From Acaryochloris marina MBIC11017 (GTDB lineage Bacteria; Cyanobacteriota; Cyanobacteriia; Thermosynechococcales; Thermosynechococcaceae), in assembly GCF_000018105.1 (NCBI RefSeq), contig NC_009925.1, positions 3,330,001 to 3,362,000 on the forward strand: 32,000 nucleotides of DNA. Reading direction: 5' to 3'. Shown here piece by piece: positions 18,253 through 25,839 of the stretch. The notes under the pieces were generated by a model that saw only the letters and a program-made list of their open reading frames with translations, did no database searches and was not told where the DNA came from. The first letter of the stretch is position 1. Each line of letters starts with the position of its first letter. The position numbers were made by a program, and so were the translations under genes.

Positions 18253-18696
18253 GTGAAGTTAACGACACGGGGACACTATAGTGTAAAGGCGTTGCTGGAT
18301 TTGAGTTTGCAGCCCAATTTTGGACCGGCATCGGTGAATGTGATCTCACAACGGCAGTCTCTCCCAGCCCCCTATTTGGAAAAGCTGCTGATAGAGTTGC
18401 GACAAGCGGGTTTGGTGCGGTCGGTTCGGGGCTCGAAAGGAGGCTATCAGTTGGCCCGTCCCCCGGTCCAAATTTCCTTAGGGCACATTTTGGAAGCGGT
18501 TGGAGAAACGGTTGAACCTTTTACGGAAAAGTCGGCTGCAACCCAGCAGGCTGAAGATTGGGTCACCCTGACCCTTTGGAAACGCCTACACCAAAAACTC
18601 AAGGAATCCCTCTACAGTATTTCCTTAGAAGATCTTTATTTTGATGCCCGCAGTTGGCAAGCGGCACAGGGGGCTGAGACGAGTTTTGTCGTCTAA
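18253..18696 (+). CDS. Rrf2-family transcriptional regulator
   Basis: MKLTTRGHYSVKALLDLS...ISQRQSLPAPYLEKLLIELRQAGLVRSVRGSKGGYQLARP is the Rrf2 winged-helix signature. GTG start with GGAGA 6 nt upstream. No three-Cys cluster is visible, so it is probably not an Fe-S-binding member. Confidence 0.9.
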   Translation: MKLTTRGHYSVKALLDLSLQPNFGPASVNVISQRQSLPAPYLEKLLIELRQAGLVRSVRGSKGGYQLARPPVQISLGHILEAVGETVEPFTEKSAATQQAEDWVTLTLWKRLHQKLKESLYSISLEDLYFDARSWQAAQGAETSFVV

Positions 18697-18753
18697 AGAT
18701 TGTCTGTTAAGTTATCTACTGTGTTCGTCAAATTGCGTATTGCAGAGATTTAA

Positions 18754-20004
18754 TTAGCCTGAAGAATCTGGGGCGACTGTTGTTGAAGAATCTGGAGTGA
18801 TGGTTGCAAGAATGACTATATCTTGAAAATCATAGGAATCATCACCGGGGCTACCACTGCCTAATTCAAATAGAAAAATAACTTGGTTGTCGGCAATGGT
18901 CACCCTTTGGTTGGTATCAATATAGCCTTGAGTAATTGTAGAAATAGGTAACTGATTACCGTAAGGTGTATAGTCCGGAATTGAATCCCCATTCTGTAGT
19001 GTTAAAACACGATTAGAATTATTGTCCGATGATACAGAAATGTTTGGAGAACATGATCCACCAGTGGTTGATGCACCATCAGTGGCTAATTCAGTTCCGG
19101 GCGCTACTGAGATATTCGTTTGCACACCTAAAGGAGCCACTGTTGAGAGCGCAGATTGGCTGATTTGCTGGCCATGAGTGAGTTCATAAGCTGCTGAAGT
19201 ATTGATGGGGGGGCCGCCTACACCACAAGTTATTTCACTTCCTAAGACCCTAATATCCATCTTAGATTTTTCTAAGATCGTTACTGTGGAACCACCTGTT
19301 ACGGTAACAATCCGCGAATTACGGGTTGCAACTGTTGTGTTAGCGGTATAGATATCAGAACCCTGCAATGGAGTATCGTACACTCCAGCATGAAACAGTT
19401 TAGCCATTTTGCCTGTGGAATCTACACAAGCTCCAAACCCCAAGTTGCCATTCGCAGTCCAGTTTGTGTCTGGGCAGCTAGGAGAAGTACTATTATCCTG
19501 AATGGAATCAATCAGTGGTTCATGACTCCAGTTAGCTAGGTCGGATGGATCTGCATAGGTGCCATCACCATTGTGTTTTGGTCCCCATCTATACACTACT
19601 TGGGGACCTAACCATAAGTTGTTAGGGGATGGAGCGGTGTAATAAACGACTGACTGCTGGACATCAGTAAAACCAGGCATTTTCAGCATAAGAACTGATT
19701 CCGCTCCACTGGGTAGAGCGGTATTAAAACCCGGAGGAGCTGGTTCGTTGTCTGCATCAAGAAGAATTCTGTCAGCGTGACGAACTTCGGTAGCCATGAA
19801 ATCTAAAGATCGATTGAGTTCTACTCTTCTCTCATTTTGAGCATTGGCAACTTGGCTAGAGCGGAAGATAGAGACTAATCCAAATCCACCTATGGCTACA
19901 ACGCCTAGGCTAATTACAGCCGCAACTAATAACTCAGGGAGTGTAAATCCTTGTGAGGTGCGTTTTTGATAAATGGCCTGTTTTATAGGGAATTTAGTTT
20001 TCAC
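18754..20004 (-). CDS. PilW-like minor pilin / pseudopilin with large C-terminal domain
   Basis: Prepilin motif QG|FTLPELLVAAVISLGVVAIGGFGLV (Gly-1, Phe+1, Glu+5, hydrophobic helix). It is followed by ERRVELNRSLDFMATEVRHA, which resembles the PilW N-domain. GTG start, with no in-frame ATG upstream of the cleavage motif. Confidence 0.75.
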   Translation of the reverse strand: MKTKFPIKQAIYQKRTSQGFTLPELLVAAVISLGVVAIGGFGLVSIFRSSQVANAQNERRVELNRSLDFMATEVRHADRILLDADNEPAPPGFNTALPSGAESVLMLKMPGFTDVQQSVVYYTAPSPNNLWLGPQVVYRWGPKHNGDGTYADPSDLANWSHEPLIDSIQDNSTSPSCPDTNWTANGNLGFGACVDSTGKMAKLFHAGVYDTPLQGSDIYTANTTVATRNSRIVTVTGGSTVTILEKSKMDIRVLGSEITCGVGGPPINTSAAYELTHGQQISQSALSTVAPLGVQTNISVAPGTELATDGASTTGGSCSPNISVSSDNNSNRVLTLQNGDSIPDYTPYGNQLPISTITQGYIDTNQRVTIADNQVIFLFELGSGSPGDDSYDFQDIVILATITPDSSTTVAPDSSG

Positions 20005-20253
20005 TTATATCAATTGCGAATAAAATCATGAATAGAACATTGTTTGTCAAAGTTCACGGTACTTGAATGGCTTTGAGAAAGCTGTTATTCAAATCACGAA
20101 ATTGACATAGGCATTATTTTTATGCCGTTGGAAAAATAATTTTACCATTGTTATAGAAAGTTTGGCTTGCCCTGAAAGCACCTGACAAATCAACTGTGTG
20201 TTGATGCTAAGTACTCCTAAAAGAAGCTGATGATGGGTTCTTATGTAGTTCAC

Positions 20254-20832
20254 TTATGATGAATGGCAATTACTTGCGTCTGCCTGGGCGGTAGTGGGTG
20301 GATGATTTCCTCTAAATTCACCCATTCTAATAATTCCAATTCCTGCAGTAATCGCTAGACAACGCATCCCTTGAGATTGATCGGGATGGAAAAACACTAA
20401 GACATTACCGGAAGAGGTCGATCCTTTCGGGGAAAACTGTATATCGTCGTTGGTTGCAGCGATCAAAGTGACAGCAGAAGGACTTGTGCCTCCACCCAGT
20501 TGTGTTAAATCCCGCGTTCCTGTTGGTAAGCAGCTTTGAGGATTGGCTATGATAGAAGAACTGCTAATGCTAAGGCTACATTGTTGACTGGTGCGAATGG
20601 CGGTTGCTTGGGCTTCTTTTAGGGCTCCCTCTACTTGTTTGGAAACATCTTCTATTCTTTTGTTGTTGATCCAGCCTAAAAAGCTAGGAGCTGCTAGGGC
20701 AGCAAATATGCCTGAAATCACTACGATCGCTAGGACTTCAGGCAATGAAAACCCAGAGCTTTTGTGCTGATATTGAGGCAATATCATGAAATTTTCTTGC
20801 GAGTTATCATTATCGAAATCAACTAAGGGCAT
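20254..20832 (-). CDS. GspH/FimT-like minor pilin / pseudopilin
   Basis: SG|FSLPEVLAIVVISGIFAALAAPSF prepilin motif. GspH-like features are ...VEGALKEAQATAIRTSQ... and the C-terminal RCLAITAGIGIIRMG. An alternative ATG at 20787 gives a 12-aa leader and removes the 10-nt overlap with the upstream gene. Confidence 0.75.
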   Translation of the reverse strand: MPLVDFDNDNSQENFMILPQYQHKSSGFSLPEVLAIVVISGIFAALAAPSFLGWINNKRIEDVSKQVEGALKEAQATAIRTSQQCSLSISSSSIIANPQSCLPTGTRDLTQLGGGTSPSAVTLIAATNDDIQFSPKGSTSSGNVLVFFHPDQSQGMRCLAITAGIGIIRMGEFRGNHPPTTAQADASNCHSS

Positions 20833-21347
20833 TCAAGCGATTTATCAGGAATGACCTTAGTTTGAACGACAGCAATAGGGATATTATCAGCAGATACAAC
20901 TTGATATTCCAGGCTCAGTACATTGAATGGAGCATCAGAGGGGAGATCTGGGGTACGTATAAGGGTATATGGCCGATTACCAATAGCGCTCAGTTTGTCA
21001 GTATCTACTGGTGCATTTGCATTAATTTCATCTTGCAAGAGAGCCGCATATCCTGATGTGTTATCAATAGCCTGACAGGCTGATAGGTTAACGTCTTCAC
21101 CTAAACCGAATCGCTTGGATTCAAATCGAACCCTTTCTATATCTTCTTGGATCCAGGTTGTGGCTTCACTGAGTTCTTGCCCTTTCACTTTAAAGACTGT
21201 GGCTGTCACTAACGCTTGCATGGCAGTACTAATAAAGCCAACAATTACTAAGAGACCAACTAAGACTTCCACTAAGGTAAATCCAACATGTGGATGTTCA
21301 TTTGACTTGAATTTTGTAATCATTGGACTTATAAATTCTGAGAACAT
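20823..21347 (-). CDS. PilV-like minor pilin / pseudopilin
   Basis: VG|FTLVEVLVGLLVIVGFISTAMQAL prepilin motif, then ...EATTWIQEDIERVRF, which resembles PilV. Small size (174 aa). Confidence 0.7.
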   Translation of the reverse strand: MFSEFISPMITKFKSNEHPHVGFTLVEVLVGLLVIVGFISTAMQALVTATVFKVKGQELSEATTWIQEDIERVRFESKRFGLGEDVNLSACQAIDNTSGYAALLQDEINANAPVDTDKLSAIGNRPYTLIRTPDLPSDAPFNVLSLEYQVVSADNIPIAVVQTKVIPDKSLECP

Positions 21348-21440
21348 GTCATCAGCCCTGTTTTTCTGTTAAAAATTTTTAATCATTTTAGTTGTCATAA
21401 AAGTTGATGATAAAAATGAACGATTTGGATCGATTTATCA

Positions 21441-22781
21441 CTAATTTACAGAACGCTCGTTGGTGCCCCATGCTTGAATTGGATTGAGTTGTGGTGGATA
21501 CAGTATGTTTATGGGTGCATTACTCCATTTACGCGAGCTTGTTGGGTTGATTTCTTGTACATTATCTAGAACTGGTGTGTGCACGTTCCCATTGTTGGAC
21601 CAGCTATTCACCCAAAAAACGCTCGTATTAAAAATTTCACGGCCACTAGCATTTGTGCCACATATATTTGGGGTAGTCGGCAAACCACCCCCAGGATTGC
21701 TTTCAAAGTTAGAAGTATTATTGACATTATGGGATGGTGCGTGAATAAAGACATTACATAAAACGGTGCCTTTATTTAAGAGGATATTGCCGCTACCTTG
21801 GCCATATATTTTTACTTGAAATTCTTGGCAATTTTCTGGAGAACCTCCGCAACGAATTACAGTATTTTGTAGATCAATATTCCCGTCTACCCAAATTTCA
21901 ACATTCTGATTGGCATTAACATCGATGAAATTGGTTGCACTATTATTGGGAGTTTCTAGGCCGATGGGATTAAAATATTCAGATATACTGCTATCCAACT
22001 GGATGGTGTTATTTGTTGGATCTCTTAAAGGTAAAGAAGGAGCGGGGAGAGTAGGAAGAGACGGTATGCCAGGAATTAATATACTCAGGTTCTTTGTAAA
22101 GTGGTTATTTTGAGGTAGTGCAGTGATAGAGCTACTACAAGATCCCACAATGTCTGTGTTTATAGACCCAACAGTAGCGTCATTGGCAACCCACAGACCT
22201 GCAAGGGGGAACTCTTCTACTGAAAAATCTACTTCTAATTCAGAAATTGATTCACTGGGTTGGTCTTCGTTAACCCGACCTTGAACTCGAAGTGTGGAGT
22301 TTTGATCATCATAGGTTAACAATCTATATTGGCCTTGACTAGGTTCACTAGGATTAATATTTTGCCATTCTCTGTTCGCTAAGCTCACGATCTCAGCTGT
22401 GCGATTAATCCCACATTCTGCCAAGATATTAGGAATATTGTTAGGTAACGCCCAGCTCTCAGTAGAGTTGCCGCTATCTGAACAAGTACCATCAGCATTT
22501 CTAGTGGGGGGTGTGTTCAGATCTGTTGTACAGGCTGGATAGTTAGCGATTGCACGATGCTGATTCATTAAAGCTCGGATTTCATTTACCCCGGTTTCTG
22601 CGGCGTTGAGGCTTTTGGCGGTATCTTTTTGTGCGATCGCACTTACCTGACTATCTTGCGATCGCAATAGCATCGTCAGCCCTACCAAAAGGATAATCAG
22701 CCCCATGCCAATGGCGACAGGCAGCGCAAAGCCTGCTTGGCTTTTGCGACATTTCAGAGAGTATAAAATCCAGTCTTTCAT
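21441..22781 (-). CDS. PilX_N-type pilus-associated protein (possibly HpsA-like)
   Basis: QAGFALPVAIGMGLIILLVGLTMLL lacks Glu+5. SLNAAETGVNEIRAL follows, which is the PilX N-terminal pattern. The track start at 22799 is TTG; the ATG at 22781 (MKDWILYSLKCRKSQAG...) is preferred. It is the first gene of the minus-strand pilin module. Confidence 0.65.
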   Translation of the reverse strand: MKDWILYSLKCRKSQAGFALPVAIGMGLIILLVGLTMLLRSQDSQVSAIAQKDTAKSLNAAETGVNEIRALMNQHRAIANYPACTTDLNTPPTRNADGTCSDSGNSTESWALPNNIPNILAECGINRTAEIVSLANREWQNINPSEPSQGQYRLLTYDDQNSTLRVQGRVNEDQPSESISELEVDFSVEEFPLAGLWVANDATVGSINTDIVGSCSSSITALPQNNHFTKNLSILIPGIPSLPTLPAPSLPLRDPTNNTIQLDSSISEYFNPIGLETPNNSATNFIDVNANQNVEIWVDGNIDLQNTVIRCGGSPENCQEFQVKIYGQGSGNILLNKGTVLCNVFIHAPSHNVNNTSNFESNPGGGLPTTPNICGTNASGREIFNTSVFWVNSWSNNGNVHTPVLDNVQEINPTSSRKWSNAPINILYPPQLNPIQAWGTNERSVN

Positions 22782-23036
22782 GGCTGAGAGTCTATGCAAA
22801 CCTAGAGGTAAGGCATTCTATCCAATACAGATTTTGTAGAATGTTATACAAACTATACCGAATATCCCAATAAAAATTAAGTATTTTTCCCCACGACAAT
22901 CAACGATTTTAGGTATAGCCATTCTAGCAGTTCGCTTCTATTCTGTTGGGCAATAATTTCATAAAACTAGACCTTTACTGTCCCTCGTTTCAGAATCATC
23001 AAGCATTTTGTCTGTGAATAAATAAAAACGCTGCTG

Positions 23037-23052
23037 TGTGATCTAGATCACC
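23037..23052. promoter_or_regulatory. Candidate CRP/SyCRP1-type binding site TGTGATCTAGATCACC in the divergent pilin control region
   Basis: Read directly: TGTGA-N6-TCACC, 9 of 10 half-site positions of the TGTGA-N6-TCACA consensus. The core GTGATCTAGATCAC (23038-23051) is a perfect 14-bp palindrome. It lies ~256 nt from ATG 22781 and ~650-710 nt from the plus-strand module start. Confidence 0.5.
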
Positions 23053-23762
23053 CAAGTTGGTGATTTCGATTCTTAGACTAGACTTTCAAGAAAAATAATT
23101 TGTACAGCTCTATATGCTTAGATCATAGAGGTTGTGCTCGGTTCTTTACCTAACTGATCCGGCAGACTTTTGTACTTCCGCATTGAGTTAGATTCATTCT
23201 TGTCATCTCAAACGGACTAATCATTTAAAAAAGCTTTGTAATGAAATAGAGCTCAAGATTTTTATTGTCACTTGATTTCACTTGCCAATAAAAAATTAGT
23301 CTTAATTTTATCTGGTTTTTTATCTTGCCTATATTTCCTCTAAGATCATTATTTTGCCGAGGAATTATATTTAAAAATTGTATATTTCAGTGTCTGAAAT
23401 GTATGACTTATAAGATTTCCGAGATATCACTGAGGTGACTAAGGAAGATTTTATATACAGTTATTGTCAGGGATTGCAAACTCGTAAGGCAATATCTACC
23501 GGACTTAGTTCTGGCATTGGTGCGTGGGAGCTGCTGAGGCCAGCATAGGAGTTAATCAAGAGCTACTGATTAGTGAGATCTTGATGTGTTTTTGCATGGC
23601 GATTTTCTTGACATACAAAACATTATTCATCGTCCCTTATAGACCGTGATCAGTTTTGTTCACGTTGAGTCCATCCTAGGAATTAAGAATAGAGTTTATC
23701 TCATGGGTCAGTACAAGTTGTCTTTGGTACTTTACAACCGCTTAATTAAATATCAGCAGCAA

Positions 23763-24281
23763 ATGGATTCTGATGAAGGATTCTCGCTTATTGAAGTCAT
23801 AGTTGTGATTGCACTTACGGCATTTTTAGCTGCTTTTGCCGTGCCAGCTATCACTTTTGGTAACAATCCGCTTAGAGATTCATCCGACCGCATTGCCGCG
23901 AGTATGAAGTGGGCAAGAGCGCAGGCAATGGCTTCGACGTCTGCAGTTCGGATTCGCCCGATCTCAAATACAGAATTTGTGATGGAGCGAGCGAATAGAT
24001 GCACCGAGGCGAATAATGCCAACTGGACCATTATTAGTGACCAAGTCGAAAGAGATGGGCAATTGGTCTATGAAGATTTAAGTCTAGATACACCAGCACA
24101 ACTGACTACCGTTACTGAGGATGGAGTGGCTGCGACCCCTACAACCTGGGATATCTGTTTTAACACTCGCGGAATAGCGGATAAAACCCTGGTTTTAACA
24201 ATGGAAGATACGGGGAATAGTGACCAACGAACCATGACTATTTTTCGAGGTGGCACGGTGGATCTTACTGCTATCAATTAA
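23763..24281 (+). CDS. GspH/FimT-like minor pilin / pseudopilin
   Basis: MDSDEG|FSLIEVIVVIALTAFLAAFAVPAI prepilin motif. GspH-like features are RIAASMKWARAQAMAS and the C-terminal RTMTIFRGGTVDL. ATG 23763 gives a typical 6-aa leader; alternative starts are ATG 23703 and GTG 23646 (the track start). Confidence 0.75.
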   Translation: MDSDEGFSLIEVIVVIALTAFLAAFAVPAITFGNNPLRDSSDRIAASMKWARAQAMASTSAVRIRPISNTEFVMERANRCTEANNANWTIISDQVERDGQLVYEDLSLDTPAQLTTVTEDGVAATPTTWDICFNTRGIADKTLVLTMEDTGNSDQRTMTIFRGGTVDLTAIN

Positions 24282-24327
24282 CGGTAACTCTTTAGACATG
24301 CGAAATGTATCGTAGATCGAGAAATTT

Positions 24328-24768
24328 ATGAAAGCTCATAGACCTCACTCCCTAAATCCATTTTGGTTCAGAATGTTGCGGACATCACGTACGGACAACA
24401 AAGGATTAACTCTGGTAGAAGCACTGGTTTCGTTGCTAATCTTTTTTGTCGCTGCAGCATCGATTGTGCCTGTTTTTTTGAACTACACAATTTCTACGAT
24501 TAATAACGAAAGACGAACTGGAGGGATTGCTGTCGCCCAGCAAGTGCTAGATGGCTTGCGTCAGGTGGATCCAACCACTCTAGATGCTACTGGCACATTC
24601 ACTCTGACGGATGTTTCTTACTTGGGTAAGACTTACACCCCTATCGTTACTTACTGCCAGAATCCTGCATTCTGCACTAACCCAGACTCACGGCACATCA
24701 CACTTCAGGTATTCCACAATGGCAACGAAATTTACCAAGCTGAAACTGTTTTCACCAACCTCCAATAA
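24328..24768 (+). CDS. PilV-like minor pilin / pseudopilin
   Basis: KG|LTLVEALVSLLIFFVAAASIVP has Leu at +1 and Glu at +5. Followed by GIAVAQQVLDGLRQ. Small size (146 aa). An alternative ATG at 24373 gives an 11-aa leader. Confidence 0.7.
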   Translation: MKAHRPHSLNPFWFRMLRTSRTDNKGLTLVEALVSLLIFFVAAASIVPVFLNYTISTINNERRTGGIAVAQQVLDGLRQVDPTTLDATGTFTLTDVSYLGKTYTPIVTYCQNPAFCTNPDSRHITLQVFHNGNEIYQAETVFTNLQ

Positions 24769-25771
24769 GGGTTTTACGCTGGTTGAACTATTAGTCACCA
24801 CTTTAATTGCTACCGTTGTTCTGGTTTCTTCTCTTGGGCTGATTAGCGACCAACGTAGGCGCTTTGTCTCCGATCAGGTGCGTGCAGAGTCTAATCAAAC
24901 CTTACGTGTGGGTTTGGATCTCATCGGTGCTGATATTAAAAACACAGGAGACTTTTTAGAGACAGACATTAATTTGCCTGTGGTGACTGTGATTGATGGT
25001 GCTTCAGGAGCGCCAGATGAAATTATTCTGCAGCGCAAACTGATCTCTGACACATTGACTGTTTGTGAAGATGTGAACGCTGGCGCGACAACAACCATCA
25101 CCGTTGCAGTGAGACCAGGTGCGGGTGACTGCCCCATCTATTCAGATGGTAATAATGATGATTTGAACGACCCACTCACCCTGGCTAGAAGAGAGCGCTG
25201 TGAACAAGACGATGTTGCTGGATGTGCGCGGAATGCGGCACTAGCCGCGAATACTTGCGATGACGAATGTGTAACAGCTTACATCTATGACCCAGTAAAC
25301 CAAGAGGGTGAATTTTTTAGTTATATGTTTGAGGAGCCTGATGCGTCGCCTAATCCAACTTTAAATCGGATTTATTTAGGAGACAGCGCTACTTTTGCTA
25401 ACACCTATCAATTGGCCAATAGACCCATTATCTATCTCCTTGAGCAGCGACATTATCGTCTGAATAACAATGTGTTACAGCTGAGTGTTAATCGAGGTAA
25501 TTTCGTATCAATCGTTAACCAGGTTGCAGATTTCCAGGTGCAAGCCCAATTGACGACTAATCCCAATCCCCAAGACTCCTTTAACTCTAACCCTTCAGTC
25601 AGTGGCGATCCAGGAGTGTATCAGCAGACGACTCCGTGGCAAACCTTGCAATTCTTACAGGTAGATTTGCAGTCTGTCGATCCATCTGAGTCTGACTTAA
25701 CTGAATTAGATGCCGATCAGCGTCAGATTGCTTCCAGATTCTATCCCCGTAACGCTCGGTCCCAAGATTAA
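24719..25771 (+). CDS. PilW-like minor pilin / pseudopilin
   Basis: MATKFTKLKLFSPTSNKG|FTLVELLVTTLIATVVLVSSLG prepilin motif, then QTLRVGLDLIGADIKNTG, which resembles PilW. The track ORF begins at 24611, but that extension lies inside the upstream gene. ATG 24719 is the only in-frame ATG just upstream of the cleavage motif. Confidence 0.75.
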   Translation: MATKFTKLKLFSPTSNKGFTLVELLVTTLIATVVLVSSLGLISDQRRRFVSDQVRAESNQTLRVGLDLIGADIKNTGDFLETDINLPVVTVIDGASGAPDEIILQRKLISDTLTVCEDVNAGATTTITVAVRPGAGDCPIYSDGNNDDLNDPLTLARRERCEQDDVAGCARNAALAANTCDDECVTAYIYDPVNQEGEFFSYMFEEPDASPNPTLNRIYLGDSATFANTYQLANRPIIYLLEQRHYRLNNNVLQLSVNRGNFVSIVNQVADFQVQAQLTTNPNPQDSFNSNPSVSGDPGVYQQTTPWQTLQFLQVDLQSVDPSESDLTELDADQRQIASRFYPRNARSQD

Positions 25772-25839
25772 GTATTTGTTGCCCCTTTGCCTTCCTATTC
25801 TAGATTCTTTGCCTTACTTTTTAGAGACTTATTACAGTT

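Noticed and set aside
24611-24718. N-terminal extension of the PilW-like ORF given by the ORF track (start at 24611). Similar upstream starts occur at 23646 (GTG), 22799 (TTG), 18124 (TTG) and 13733.
   Set aside because: These extensions lie inside the preceding gene or use rarer start codons. In each case a downstream ATG gives a normal prepilin leader or a canonical protein N-terminus, and at 13697 an ATGA coupling overlap.
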